Source: Paracoccaceae bacterium
Lineage (GTDB): Bacteria > Pseudomonadota > Alphaproteobacteria > Rhodobacterales > Rhodobacteraceae
Assembly: GCA_021741465.1 (NCBI GenBank)
Contig: JAIOXV010000001.1
Location: 5,767-69,766 of the forward strand
DNA: 64,000 nucleotides
Direction: 5' to 3'
Position numbers and translations under genes: made by a program. Within the stretch, counting starts at the first letter, position 1, and each line of letters begins with the position of its first letter. Positions 39,076 through 49,744 of the stretch are shown here, piece after piece. The notes under the pieces were generated by a model, which was not told the DNA's origin, ran no database searches, and saw only the letters and a list, made by a program, of their open reading frames with translations.

Positions 39076-41196
39076 GTGATGATCGACGTTGAAGACCTCA
39101 TCGCCCTTGTTCGCAACTATAATCCCCGTTCAAACGCTGATCTGATCCGCCGGGCTTATGCTTACGGCATGCAAATGCATGAAGGACAGTTTCGCAAATC
39201 GGGCGAACCTTATTTCACCCATCCTGTCGCGGTTGCGGCCATTCTGACCGAGCAGCAACTTGATGATGCCACCATCATCACCGCACTTCTGCATGACACG
39301 ATCGAAGACACCAAATCCACCTACACCGAGATAGAGCGGCTGTTTGGCACCGATGTGGCCGAACTGGTTGATGGGGTCACAAAGCTGACCAATCTTCAGC
39401 TGTCGTCGACTGAATCCCAACAAGCCGAGAATTTTCGAAAACTGTTCATGGCCATGTCCAAGGACTTGCGGGTCATTTTGGTGAAGCTTGCCGACCGGCT
39501 GCACAACATGCGCACGATCCGCAGCATGAAGGTCGAAAAACAGGCCCAAAAGGCGCGCGAAACCATGGAGATCTATGCCCCCCTGGCAGGGCGCATGGGT
39601 ATGCAATGGATGCGCGAAGAGCTTGAAGATCTGTCATTCAAGGTTCTGAACCCCGAAGCCCGCAATTCGATCATCCGCCGCTTTCTGACCTTGCAGAAAG
39701 AGGCCGGCGATGTGGTGCACCAGATCACCAGCGACATCCGTCTTGAACTGGAAAAGGTGCAGATCGAAGCTTCGGTTTATGGCCGTGCCAAAAAGCCCTA
39801 TTCGATCTGGCGCAAGATGCAGGAAAAGGATCTGGCCTTCAGCCGCCTGTCCGACATCTACGGCTTTCGTGTGATCTGCGGGTCAGTGGCCGATTGCTAC
39901 CGCATTCTGGGGGTTATCCATCAGCGCTGGCGTGCTGTGCCGGGGCGGTTCAAGGATTATATCAGCCAGCCGAAAAACAACGGCTACCGATCGATCCACA
40001 CCACCGTATCTGGCCGGGATGGCAAAAGGGTGGAAGTGCAGATCCGCACCCGCGAGATGCATGAAGTGGCCGAGGCCGGCGTTGCCGCGCATTGGTCCTA
40101 CCGCGAGGGCGTTCGGGCAAGGAACCCCTTTGCCGTTGATCCCGCCAAGTGGATTGCGTCCATGACCGAACGGCTGGACGAAGAAGACCATGACGAATTT
40201 CTCGAGCATGTGAAGCTTGAGATGTATTCCGACCAGGTGTTCTGTTTCACCCCGAAGGGCGATGTCGTGCAGCTTCCCCGTGGGGCCACGCCTTTGGACT
40301 ATGCCTATTCCATCCACACAAGAATTGGCAATTCCTGCGTTTCGGCCAAGGTTGACGGCATCCGCGTTCCGTTGTGGACAAGGCTTAAGAACGGTCAATC
40401 CGTTGAAATTATCACTGCCGAAGGTCAGCGGCCGCAAGCAAGCTGGATCGACATCGTCTCAACCGGCCGTGCCAAGGCCGCAATCAGACGCTCGTTGCGC
40501 GAAGAAGATCGGGGCCGTTTTGTGCGGCTGGGTCAGGAATTGGCCCGCGCGGCTTTCGAACATGTCGGAAAAAAAGCAACTGACAAGGCCTTGCGCACGG
40601 CGGCGAAAACCTTGGGCATATCAGACGAGAACGAGCTTCTGGCGCGGCTGGGTTCTGCCGAAATGACCGCACGTAAAGTGGTCGAAACGCTTTATCCGGA
40701 ACTGTCCCTCTCTGCCGCGGAAGAGGTGGATGCAGCCCGCCCAGTGGTGGGCCTGAACGAAGATCAGACCTTCCGCCGCGCCCAATGCTGCCAACCCCTG
40801 CCGGGTGAGCGCATCGTCGGCATTGCCTATCGCGGTCAGGGGGTTATGGTGCATGCCATTGATTGCCCCGCGCTGGAAGAATTCGAAGAACAGCCGGGCC
40901 GTTGGGTTGACCTGCATTGGAACGCCGGTCGCCACAAGGCGGTGAACACGGTGAGCCTTGAAATCACCATTTCGAACGACGCAGGTGTCTTGGGGCGCAT
41001 CTGCACCTTGATCGGAGAGCAGAAGGCCAATATCTCGGACTTGCGGTTCACCGAACGCAAACCAGATTTTTATCGTTTAATAGTGGATGCCGACCTGCGG
41101 GATGTCGAACACCTGCATATGGTCATGACTGCCCTAGAGGCGGAGACAGATGTGGCGCAGGTCGCACGTCATCGGGATGTAACACGAAAGCCCTGA
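39076..41196 (+). CDS. spoT: Bifunctional (p)ppGpp synthetase/hydrolase (Rel/SpoT)
   Basis: HD domain (LLHDTIED, KLADRLHNMRT), synthetase (KDYI..PK.NGY.S.HT, EVQIRT), TGS and ACT domains. Confidence 0.96.
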   Translation: MMIDVEDLIALVRNYNPRSNADLIRRAYAYGMQMHEGQFRKSGEPYFTHPVAVAAILTEQQLDDATIITALLHDTIEDTKSTYTEIERLFGTDVAELVDGVTKLTNLQLSSTESQQAENFRKLFMAMSKDLRVILVKLADRLHNMRTIRSMKVEKQAQKARETMEIYAPLAGRMGMQWMREELEDLSFKVLNPEARNSIIRRFLTLQKEAGDVVHQITSDIRLELEKVQIEASVYGRAKKPYSIWRKMQEKDLAFSRLSDIYGFRVICGSVADCYRILGVIHQRWRAVPGRFKDYISQPKNNGYRSIHTTVSGRDGKRVEVQIRTREMHEVAEAGVAAHWSYREGVRARNPFAVDPAKWIASMTERLDEEDHDEFLEHVKLEMYSDQVFCFTPKGDVVQLPRGATPLDYAYSIHTRIGNSCVSAKVDGIRVPLWTRLKNGQSVEIITAEGQRPQASWIDIVSTGRAKAAIRRSLREEDRGRFVRLGQELARAAFEHVGKKATDKALRTAAKTLGISDENELLARLGSAEMTARKVVETLYPELSLSAAEEVDAARPVVGLNEDQTFRRAQCCQPLPGERIVGIAYRGQGVMVHAIDCPALEEFEEQPGRWVDLHWNAGRHKAVNTVSLEITISNDAGVLGRICTLIGEQKANISDLRFTERKPDFYRLIVDADLRDVEHLHMVMTALEAETDVAQVARHRDVTRKP

Positions 41197-41240
41197 TAAG
41201 GGGCCTTGGTCGGGCAGCGGCCCGAAAGGAAGGAAACAGG

Positions 41241-41957
41241 TTGGTCTTCAAGCGTCGAGATCCCTTGTCGTGGGGCGCATGGCTGCGCGAGCAGGTCTAT
41301 CCGCGCTCAGGCTTCAAGCGCGCGACGCGCTATGTTCTGCACCGCATGCGCCGCCTTCCTGACCAGCCGCACCGCATTGCGCGTGGCGTATTCGCCGGAT
41401 CACTTGTCGGGTTCCTGCCTTTGCCGGGCATGCAGTTCATTGCCGCATGGGCCGCCAGCCGGGCCATAAATGGCAACCTGCTTGCCGCACTTTTGGCCAC
41501 ATTCAATACCAATCCTGTAACCACGCCCTTCTTTGCCGTGCTTGCCATGACCCTGGGCCACTGGATCCTCGGCATCGAAAAGCCGCTTTCATGGGATTAC
41601 ATCAGCACCGCAACCGAGCAGGCCGCCGGAGATTTGTGGTTCAACGTGACTGCTCTTTTCACAGATGACGTGACACGCTGGGATGGGCTTATCCAGTTCT
41701 GGCACGAAATCTACTGGCCCTATTTCATCGGGGCTCTTGGGCCAGGCATCATCCTGAGCCTGATCGCCTATTATATCACAATCCCGCTGGTCGAGGCTTA
41801 TCAAAAAGCCCGCGCCGCCAAGGCTGACGATCACAAGGAACGGCGCCGCAAGCTGAAAGTCACCCTTGCTGGCGCCGCCTCTCGCTTGCGCCCGCAGCGC
41901 GATCAAGACAAGCTGGCACCAACAGAGACCGAGACCAAGAAAACCGACGGTAGTTGA
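41241..41957 (+). CDS. DUF2062-family membrane protein
   Basis: MVFKRR, RLPDQPHRIARG, NP.T; conserved position after spoT. Confidence 0.8.
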   Translation: MVFKRRDPLSWGAWLREQVYPRSGFKRATRYVLHRMRRLPDQPHRIARGVFAGSLVGFLPLPGMQFIAAWAASRAINGNLLAALLATFNTNPVTTPFFAVLAMTLGHWILGIEKPLSWDYISTATEQAAGDLWFNVTALFTDDVTRWDGLIQFWHEIYWPYFIGALGPGIILSLIAYYITIPLVEAYQKARAAKADDHKERRRKLKVTLAGAASRLRPQRDQDKLAPTETETKKTDGS

Positions 41958-41984
41958 AACGCGTATTTAAGGGGCGACAGGCCT

Positions 41985-42734
41985 ATGGAAAAACTGCGGC
42001 TTGGGGTGAATATCGACCATGTGGCGACCGTGCGGAACGCCCGTGGATCGGCCTGGCCTGACCCGTTGCGCGCGGCAATCCTTGCCGAAGCGTCAGGTGC
42101 TGACGGAATCACCGCCCACCTGCGCGAAGACCCCCGTCACATTCGCTTCGCCGACATGGACGCCTTGCGCGCGGGCATTGGCATACCGCTGAATTTTGAA
42201 TGCGCCGCGACGGATGAGATGGCGGCAATCGCGCTGCGGCTGAAACCCCATGCCGTTTGCCTGGTCCCCGAACGCCGCGAAGAACGCACCACTGAAGGCG
42301 GACTGGATGTGGCTGGCGACGAAAATCGGCTGACCCAGTACGTTGCCCCCCTGCGCGCGGCGGGCTGCCGGGTGTCCATGTTCATCGGCCATGCCGAGGC
42401 CCAGATACGCGCCTCAGCCCGCATTGGCGCGGCGGTGGTGGAACTGCACACCGGCCATTATTCTGACCTGCACGCCGAGGGCCGTGATGACGCGGCAGAA
42501 ACGGAACTGGAGGCGCTTCGCCAAGGCGCCGCTTTGGCACATTCCCTTGGGCTGGAAGTGCATGCGGGCCACGGTCTGACCTATGACAATGTCGCGCCCA
42601 TTGCCGCCATTCCCGAAGTGCGCGAATTGAACATCGGCCATTTTCTGATTGGCGAGGCCATCTTCATGGGGCTCGGCCCCGCAATCGAAGAGATGCGGCG
42701 GCGGATGGATCAGGCGCGGCTGCGCCGGGGATAA
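41985..42734 (+). CDS. pdxJ: Pyridoxine 5'-phosphate synthase
   Basis: LGVNIDHVAT.RNAR, VPE.REERTTEGG, ELHTG, AGHGL, ELNIGH. Confidence 0.96.
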   Translation: MEKLRLGVNIDHVATVRNARGSAWPDPLRAAILAEASGADGITAHLREDPRHIRFADMDALRAGIGIPLNFECAATDEMAAIALRLKPHAVCLVPERREERTTEGGLDVAGDENRLTQYVAPLRAAGCRVSMFIGHAEAQIRASARIGAAVVELHTGHYSDLHAEGRDDAAETELEALRQGAALAHSLGLEVHAGHGLTYDNVAPIAAIPEVRELNIGHFLIGEAIFMGLGPAIEEMRRRMDQARLRRG

Positions 42735-42811
42735 GGGCCCAAGGCTGGGCAAACTTGACTCCTGCCGCCACGGCGCGCATGAAGCGGCCAATCTGAAAAA
42801 GGACGATCCAA

Positions 42812-43591
42812 ATGGCAAAATCCGAAGGCGGCATTGGCGAAACGATCAAGACCGTGTTTTGGGCGCTGCTGATCGCGGGGCTGTTTCGCACGCTTTTCTT
42901 CCAGCCGTTCTGGATCCCATCAGAATCGATGAAATCAACGCTGCTGATTGGCGATTTCATCTTTGTGAACAAGATGGCCTATGGCTATTCACGCTATTCC
43001 TGCCCCTTTGGCATTTGCCCGATTTCTGGCCGCGTTTTCGCGTCTGAACCGGAACGTGGCGATGTCGTGGTGTTTCGCCACCCGGTGAACGGGTCTGACA
43101 TGATCAAACGGTTGATCGGCCTGCCGGGGGATCAAATTCAGATGAAGGCGGGGGTGCTTTACATCAATGGGGCCGCAGCGCCGCAGGTCCCTGATGGGGT
43201 GTTCCAAGAGGTCTTTGAACCGCAAGGCCCGATGGCAAACCGCCCCGGCTGCGCGAATGCACCCTCGCTTGGTGAAATCTGTGAAAAGATCCGTGCCATT
43301 GAAACCCTTCCCAATGGGGTGGAACACGCGGTGTTGAACATTGCGGATTCCTTGGGTCTTCCGGACAACTCTGACGTCTACACTGTGCCGGAAAAGCACT
43401 ATTTCTTCATGGGCGACAACCGCGACAATTCCACCGACAGCCGCTATCCGCAGTCTGGTGGCGCGGTTGGGTATGTTTCGGAAGAATATCTGATCGGCCG
43501 GGCCGACAGGGTGATCTTTTCGTCAGCAGGGACGCGAATGCTGTATTTCTGGACCTGGCGCAGTGATCGTTTCTTCGCGGCGATCCAGTAA
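42812..43591 (+). CDS. lepB: Signal peptidase I
   Basis: IPSESM (catalytic Ser), IKRLIGLPGD (catalytic Lys), MGDNRDNS.DSR. Confidence 0.95.
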   Translation: MAKSEGGIGETIKTVFWALLIAGLFRTLFFQPFWIPSESMKSTLLIGDFIFVNKMAYGYSRYSCPFGICPISGRVFASEPERGDVVVFRHPVNGSDMIKRLIGLPGDQIQMKAGVLYINGAAAPQVPDGVFQEVFEPQGPMANRPGCANAPSLGEICEKIRAIETLPNGVEHAVLNIADSLGLPDNSDVYTVPEKHYFFMGDNRDNSTDSRYPQSGGAVGYVSEEYLIGRADRVIFSSAGTRMLYFWTWRSDRFFAAIQ

Positions 43592-43593
43592 GC

Positions 43594-44610
43594 ATGCCCT
43601 TTTTGACGGCGCTTTTCGACCTGAACGGCTCGGCAACCCGCAAGCAGGCCTTGCGGGTTTTCCTTGTGCTACTGGCTGCTATTGCGGTGCTGACGGCAAT
43701 TGAAACATGGGGCCCGGCCTATAGCCGCTTCTTTACCCCCATCGTCGGGCTTGTGATTGTCTGGTGGTGGGCCACCTTGACGCGCCGCTTTCATGATGCC
43801 GGCAGAACGGGGGCTTGGACCGTGCTGATGCTTGTGCCGGTCTTAGGCATCGTCGTGTCGATCGTCGGGCTTTTCCTGCGGCAGGACCGCCCGTTCAATG
43901 ACAGCAGCGCAGCCTTGCGCCTGGGTGGAACACTGGGGCTTGCGGCACTCGCGCTTTTGTCACTGTCGCGCCTGTTCTGGGCCCCCTATCTCATCACGGC
44001 CGAATCGATGAAGCCAACGCTTCTGATCGGTGATTATCTGGCCGCCCACCACATTTCCGCATCGCGGCTTGCGCAGGGCGATGTAGCGGTGTTCTTCGAT
44101 CCGGCGCACGGTGCCCCCTTGGCCAAGCGTGTGATTGGCTTGGCGGGGGATGTCGTTCAGATGCAAGGCGGGTTGGTCATTCTGAACGGCCAGACGCTGC
44201 CGCAGATGGATGAAGGCCTGTTTCAAGAAGCCTTTGAACCGCAGGGGCCGCTTGGTGGCCTGCCGCGTTGCCTGAATGCGGTGGTTGGGGTTGGGGCCAT
44301 CTGTGAAAAGGCGCTGGCACGCGAAAGCCTGCCTGACGGGCGGTCATGGCAGGTTGCCAATATCGAAACGGGCGGGGCCTTTGATGACACCCCTCCCTTT
44401 ACGGTGCCGGCTGGCCATATCTTCGTTCTGGGCGATAACCGCGACAATTCGAACGACAGCCGCATGGCCACGTCTGCAGGCGGCTTGGGCTTTGTGCCGA
44501 ACGAAAATGTGATAGGACGGGCATCAGCGACACTTTTTTCATCCGCGGGAACCGCGCTTTGGCAGATCTGGGCCTGGCGCGGTGACCGCATCTTCAAGGC
44601 CGTGGAATGA
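43594..44610 (+). CDS. lepB: Second signal peptidase I with an N-terminal DUF805-like membrane domain
   Basis: N-terminal F...G.ATR and [11 protein letters not shown] (DUF805-like), then [30 protein letters not shown]. Confidence 0.85.
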   Translation: MPFLTALFDLNGSATRKQALRVFLVLLAAIAVLTAIETWGPAYSRFFTPIVGLVIVWWWATLTRRFHDAGRTGAWTVLMLVPVLGIVVSIVGLFLRQDRPFNDSSAALRLGGTLGLAALALLSLSRLFWAPYLITAESMKPTLLIGDYLAAHHISASRLAQGDVAVFFDPAHGAPLAKRVIGLAGDVVQMQGGLVILNGQTLPQMDEGLFQEAFEPQGPLGGLPRCLNAVVGVGAICEKALARESLPDGRSWQVANIETGGAFDDTPPFTVPAGHIFVLGDNRDNSNDSRMATSAGGLGFVPNENVIGRASATLFSSAGTALWQIWAWRGDRIFKAVE

Positions 44611-45296
44611 GGCTTTCGGCAGACCTTATGGCCTTTCAGGGCCGCATCGGGCACACGTTCCGCCAACCTGCACTTCTGGTGCGGGCTGTTACGCATTCCT
44701 CGATCTCATCAGCCACTCGCCCGGACAACCAAAGGTTGGAGTTTTTGGGCGACAGGGTGCTGGGTCTGGTGATGTCCGAAGCGCTTTTGGCCGCCGATGG
44801 CACCGCGACTGAAGGCCAGTTGGCCCCCCGCTTCAACGCTTTGGTGCGCAAGGAAACCTGTGCCGAGGTGGCGCGCGAAATTGGGCTTGGCGAGGTGCTG
44901 AAGCTTGGCCGGTCTGAAATGCTTTCGGGCGGGCGGCGCAAGGACGCCCTTTTGGGAGACGGGCTGGAGGCGGTGATCGCTGCGGCCTATCTCGACAGTG
45001 GCTTTGAAACAGCGAAGGCACTGGTTTTGCGGCTTTGGGGCGAACGGATCGGCGCTGTTGAAACCGACGCCCGAGACCCCAAGACCAGCCTTCAGGAATG
45101 GGCACAGGCCCGCGCGATGAAGCCTCCGGCCTATACCGAACTTGGCCGCGACGGCCCCGATCACGCCCCGCAATTCACCGTCGAGGTGAAGCTTGACAAT
45201 GGCGAGGCGGAAATCGCCCGCGCCGGAACAAAACGTGCGGCCGAACAGACCGCAGCCCGGGCGCTTTTGACCCGGATGGAGCATAAGAATGACTGA
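44607..45296 (+). CDS. rnc: Ribonuclease III
   Basis: [13 protein letters not shown] and a dsRBD (DPKT.LQEW). Confidence 0.97.
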   Translation: MRLSADLMAFQGRIGHTFRQPALLVRAVTHSSISSATRPDNQRLEFLGDRVLGLVMSEALLAADGTATEGQLAPRFNALVRKETCAEVAREIGLGEVLKLGRSEMLSGGRRKDALLGDGLEAVIAAAYLDSGFETAKALVLRLWGERIGAVETDARDPKTSLQEWAQARAMKPPAYTELGRDGPDHAPQFTVEVKLDNGEAEIARAGTKRAAEQTAARALLTRMEHKND

Positions 45297-46203
45297 CAAA
45301 CACGCGGGTTTCGTCGCCCTTATTGGCGAACCGAATGCCGGGAAATCCACCCTCCTTAACCGTATGGTGGGCGCCAAGGTTTCCATCGTAACCCACAAGG
45401 TCCAGACGACCCGCGCCCGCATTCGCGGCATCTGCATCGAAGGCCAAAGCCAGATCGTCTTTGTCGATACGCCCGGCATCTTCCGCCCGCGCCGCCGCCT
45501 GGACCGGTCCATGGTCAAAGCCGCTTGGGGCGGGGCTTCGGACGCTGATATCGTGGTACTTTTGATCGAAGCAAACCGCGGGCTGACCGAAGGCGCGCAG
45601 GCCATCATTGACCGCCTGCGCGATGAGATGCCGCGCGGCAAACCCGTGGCGCTGGCGATCAACAAGATTGACAGGGTCAAGGCCGAGGTCCTTTTGGCGC
45701 TGGCGCAGAAGATGAACGAAGCCTTCCCCTTTGCCAAAACCTTCATGATCTCGGCAGAACGCGGGCACGGCGTGGCCGATCTGCGCGAATGGCTGGCTGA
45801 GCAGGTGCCGAAAGGCCCGTGGTTCTATCCTGAAGACCAGATTGCAGACCTGCCGATGCGGATGATCGCTGCCGAAATGACCCGCGAAAAGCTGACATTG
45901 CGCCTGCATGAAGAGCTGCCATATCAGCTGACCGTCGAAACGGAAAACTGGGAAGACAAGCCCGACGGATCGACCCGCATCGATCAGATCATCTATGTTT
46001 CGCGTGATGGTCATAAGGGCATTGTGCTGGGCAATGGCGGCGAAACGATCAAATCGATTGGCACCGCCGCGCGGGCCGAAATCTCCACCTTCCTTGACCG
46101 CAAAGTACATCTTTTCCTGCAAGTAAAGGTGCGCGAGAACTGGCAGGAAGAGGCCGAGCGCTATTCCGAGATGGGACTTGAGTTCAAAGACGGCGATGCC
46201 TGA
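45289..46203 (+). CDS. era: GTPase Era
   Basis: [19 protein letters not shown] domain. Confidence 0.97.
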   Translation: MTDKHAGFVALIGEPNAGKSTLLNRMVGAKVSIVTHKVQTTRARIRGICIEGQSQIVFVDTPGIFRPRRRLDRSMVKAAWGGASDADIVVLLIEANRGLTEGAQAIIDRLRDEMPRGKPVALAINKIDRVKAEVLLALAQKMNEAFPFAKTFMISAERGHGVADLREWLAEQVPKGPWFYPEDQIADLPMRMIAAEMTREKLTLRLHEELPYQLTVETENWEDKPDGSTRIDQIIYVSRDGHKGIVLGNGGETIKSIGTAARAEISTFLDRKVHLFLQVKVRENWQEEAERYSEMGLEFKDGDA

Positions 46204-46275
46204 GAAATTCCCCCGCCCCGGCCTGCGCGGCGTGATTGACGCCTCTGGCAGGGGTGTTTTTGCCAAGGTCGCGCG

Positions 46276-46614
46276 ATGAATGTTCGCCTTGCAACCGGGG
46301 TCTGGGTTGCGGCCTATCTGGCGCGATTGCGGGCGGTTGGGCTGGCGGCCTATATCGTCGCCAAAGGCGACGCGACGGCAGGCGCAGTTGTGGTCAAGTT
46401 GGTCCGACCTGCTGGGCGGGCCAAAGCCTTGGCCCGACAGTTCGATTTTGACACCGGTGCGCGGCTTTGGCGGGTTTTGGCCGAAGGAGACGAGCGCGAG
46501 GTTGATACCATGCTTGCGCGTGAACGGGCGCGCGACCCCGATCTTTGGCTGATCGATGTCGAAGATGCCGAAGGCATGGGTCTTTTGGACAGCGAAGGCT
46601 TGGCCGAAGGCTGA
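46276..46614 (+). CDS. DUF1491-family protein
   Basis: WV.AYL, KGD..AG, DPDLWLI..ED; between era and recO. Confidence 0.8.
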   Translation: MNVRLATGVWVAAYLARLRAVGLAAYIVAKGDATAGAVVVKLVRPAGRAKALARQFDFDTGARLWRVLAEGDEREVDTMLARERARDPDLWLIDVEDAEGMGLLDSEGLAEG

Positions 46615-46653
46615 CCCTTGCCATTTGCCCCATGTCGCGCAGATAGTCGGGCC

Positions 46654-47376
46654 ATGGATTGGCAAGACGAAGGCTGCATAATCGCGGTGCGCGCACATGG
46701 CGAGACTGCGGCGATCATAGAAGTGTTCACGGCGGCGCATGGTCGCCATGCCGGTGTGGTGCGTGGCGGCGCGTCACGGCGCATGACGGCGGTATTGCAG
46801 CCCGGCAGTCAGGTGATGGTGCATTGGCAGGCCCGCCTTTCAGAGCATATCGGCACCTTTGTTGCTGAACCGCTGCGATCACGCGCGGGGTTGATGGCCG
46901 ATCGTCTTGGACTGGCAGGGTTGAACGCGATTTGCGCAATCTTGCACGTCGCTTTGCCGGAGCGCGACGCCCATCCAGCGCTGTGGCAGCGCACGATGTC
47001 CCTGCTTGATGTGATAGAAACGCAACCCGACTGGCCCGCGCAGTATCTGCGTTGGGAAGCCGCGCTTTTGGATGATCTGGGCTTCGGCCTTGACCTTGGG
47101 CGTTGTGCTGTGACCGGTTCGCGCGAGGGCTTGGCCTATGTGAGCCCCAAGACAGGTCGCGCTGTCAGCGCCGCAGGGGCGGGCGATTGGGCCTCGCGGC
47201 TTTTGCCATTGCCCGCAGCCCTGCTTGGCCAAGGCCCCGCCGATGCCCACGATCTGAACGATGGCTTGGCCTTGACCGGCCATTTTCTTGCCAAGGGACT
47301 GGAGCCTCTTTTGCAGGGAAACAGCCTGCCGGCTGCCAGAACCCGGCTGATTGCAATGCTTGAAGCCTGCGCCTGA
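46654..47376 (+). CDS. recO: DNA repair protein RecO
   Basis: MDW.DEG, HGE, GFGLDL..CAVTG, YVSPKTGRAVS. Confidence 0.94.
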   Translation: MDWQDEGCIIAVRAHGETAAIIEVFTAAHGRHAGVVRGGASRRMTAVLQPGSQVMVHWQARLSEHIGTFVAEPLRSRAGLMADRLGLAGLNAICAILHVALPERDAHPALWQRTMSLLDVIETQPDWPAQYLRWEAALLDDLGFGLDLGRCAVTGSREGLAYVSPKTGRAVSAAGAGDWASRLLPLPAALLGQGPADAHDLNDGLALTGHFLAKGLEPLLQGNSLPAARTRLIAMLEACA

Positions 47377-47446
47377 CGTCGCCAACGGGCCTGTGACATG
47401 TCGCCTGTGGCGCAGCGACACGCGGAAGGATGTTTAGGGTCAGACC

Positions 47447-48664
47447 ATGGCATTACGGTATATTCCGCTTCATCTTAAGCACCCGGCAACCCCGAAGATC
47501 ACGCATTTCGCGATGCTTTCCGGTCTGGAAGCCGTTGTACGTGGCACGTTGATTTCAACGGTTCCAATTGCGGTCTATGACGCTTTCGGCACGGCGAGCA
47601 ATCTTTCCACAGTCTACCTTTTTGCCGGCGTCATCACGCTTTTCTGGGGCCTTTTGGTGCCACGGCTGACCCAAACGCTTCCGCGCCGTTGGGTCTATTC
47701 GATGGGCTGCCTGTTATATGTTGTCGGAATGGCGCTGTATATTATTGGCGAACAATGGTCGGTCGTGCTGGGCATTCTGGTTTCGGCCATGGCCACAGTG
47801 ACAACCTTTGTTTGCCTGAACGCCTATGTGCTTGACTATGTGCCCCGCGCCGAATTGGGCAAAACTCAAAGCCAGCAGATGGTTTTTGCCGCACTTCCCT
47901 GGGCGATCGGGCCGCTGACAGGCGTATGGCTGCGCCATGTCTGGGCGCCTTTGCCATTTCTGGCAGCAGGCAGCTTTGCGCTGGTTCTTCTTGCCGTGTT
48001 TTGGCTTTTGCGGTTGGGCAATGGCAAGCAGATCACCCGCGCCAAGGGGCCTGCGGTCAATCCACTGGCCTATCTGGGGCGGTTCTTTGCGCAACCCCGG
48101 CTTATCATCGGCTGGCTGTTTGCGGTGTTTCGCAGCTGCGGATGGTGGGTCTATGTGGTCTATGTGCCGATCTTTTGCATCGAAAGCGGGCTTGGTGACA
48201 AGCTGGGCGGCGTGATGCTGTCGATCACCAATGCCACGCTGTTGTTGTCGCCCCTGATGGCCAAGCTTGCCCGCCGATTGTCGGTGCGCTGGACGGTGCG
48301 CGCAGCGCTTTCCTACTGCGCAACGACCTACATCCTCGCCACACTGCTTGCCCCTTGGCCCTATCTTGCCTTGGGCGTGTTGTTTATCGCGTCCTTCGGC
48401 CTTGTGATGCTGGACGTGGTGGGCGGGCTGCCATTTCTAATGTCTGTAAAGCCATCCGAGCGCGCCGAGATGGCCGCAGTCTATTCCAGCTTCCGCGACG
48501 TCTCTGGCATTTTGACACCCGGGGCCGCCTATCTGGTGCTGCTGGTCTTCCCGCTGTCAGGCATTTTTGCCGCAAGTGGCGCTGCCTTTGGCCTTGCCTG
48601 GTGGTTGGCTGGCAATTTGCACCCCAGATTGGGAACCGAAAGGCCGTCGCGCGGCGGGGCCTGA
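47447..48664 (+). CDS. MFS transporter
   Basis: About 12 hydrophobic segments over 405 aa. Confidence 0.8.
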   Translation: MALRYIPLHLKHPATPKITHFAMLSGLEAVVRGTLISTVPIAVYDAFGTASNLSTVYLFAGVITLFWGLLVPRLTQTLPRRWVYSMGCLLYVVGMALYIIGEQWSVVLGILVSAMATVTTFVCLNAYVLDYVPRAELGKTQSQQMVFAALPWAIGPLTGVWLRHVWAPLPFLAAGSFALVLLAVFWLLRLGNGKQITRAKGPAVNPLAYLGRFFAQPRLIIGWLFAVFRSCGWWVYVVYVPIFCIESGLGDKLGGVMLSITNATLLLSPLMAKLARRLSVRWTVRAALSYCATTYILATLLAPWPYLALGVLFIASFGLVMLDVVGGLPFLMSVKPSERAEMAAVYSSFRDVSGILTPGAAYLVLLVFPLSGIFAASGAAFGLAWWLAGNLHPRLGTERPSRGGA

Positions 48665-48672
48665 AAGGCCAA

Positions 48673-49680
48673 TTAAACCTTTGCGTTGGAAATCAGCCAA
48701 TCGGCGCTTGCGCGAAGGGCGGTTTCTGGGGCGATGAACTGCATGGTCAACATCGCCTTTGCGCGGGCGTTTGAAAGTGGATGTGCGGTTCCAACCGAAG
48801 GCAGTATGGCACGGATCTGCGGATCAAACAGCGCCAGAAGTTTCAACACGAACATCGGTGCCACACGCGTTGCAACGCGGCGCTGAGGGTAGGCGCGTTT
48901 GAGCGCGTCCGCCATGGCAGGCATGGTCATGTGGCCCGCAATTGCCAAAATGCGCAGGCCGACGACGTCCGGAGTTTGAAGCGCGCGCAGGTGTAACTCG
49001 GCCACGTCACGCACATCGACAACCGGGAAATCCAGCATCGGCACCATCGGGTCTTTGCCGCGCAGGATACGGGCAATCACGCCGATCGAACTGCCGAAAT
49101 GCCCGTCCAAAGGTGGCCCCATGACAAAGCCGGGGTTGATGGTTGTCAGCTGAAGGCCATGGCTCTTGGCAAACTCCCATGCTGCTCTTTCTGCAAGGGT
49201 TTTCGACTGGGCATAGGCAGAGCTTTCAGGCGCGTCGGGGTCGCACCAGTTGGTCTCATCCTGAAGCTCCAAGACAGATGTATCGGTTACCGCAACGGTG
49301 GATGACGTCAGAACAACGCGGCCTATGCCCGCCGCGACAGCTGCGGTCAGCGCCCGCAATGTGCCCTGAACAGCGGGTCGGATCAGGTCTTGCGGGTCTT
49401 TCGGCTGGGCCACCGGGAAAGGAGATGCGGTATGTATCAGGGCCGTTGCGCCCTGCATCGCAGTGTCCCAACCTGCGTCTTGCTCCAGATCCAGCGCCAC
49501 GAAAGACAGCCGCAACAAAGCATCGGCCCCGACAACCGGCAAAAGGGCGGCGCGGACCTCTTCAGCGCGTTCAAGCCGGCGGAGCGAGCCGCGCACGCTG
49601 TAACCTGCAATCAGAAATCTTGCAGCAACATGCTTGGCGATAAAGCCAGAAATGCCCGTCAGAAAAACGGTTTCGGTCAT
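48673..49680 (-). CDS. NAD-dependent epimerase/dehydratase family protein (aldehyde reductase/DFR-like)
   Basis: TGISGFIA, HTASP, YAQSKTLAE, VDVRDVA. Confidence 0.88.
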   Translation of the reverse strand: MTETVFLTGISGFIAKHVAARFLIAGYSVRGSLRRLERAEEVRAALLPVVGADALLRLSFVALDLEQDAGWDTAMQGATALIHTASPFPVAQPKDPQDLIRPAVQGTLRALTAAVAAGIGRVVLTSSTVAVTDTSVLELQDETNWCDPDAPESSAYAQSKTLAERAAWEFAKSHGLQLTTINPGFVMGPPLDGHFGSSIGVIARILRGKDPMVPMLDFPVVDVRDVAELHLRALQTPDVVGLRILAIAGHMTMPAMADALKRAYPQRRVATRVAPMFVLKLLALFDPQIRAILPSVGTAHPLSNARAKAMLTMQFIAPETALRASADWLISNAKV

Positions 49681-49744
49681 TTCTTTCCCCTTTTGCTGAA
49701 AACTCAGATAGGGGGCATTTTCCGATTGTCAAACGCGCGCCGGA

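Noticed and set aside
45175-46749. 524-aa minus-strand ORF
   Set aside because: Antisense to era and the DUF1491 gene; no recognisable domain.
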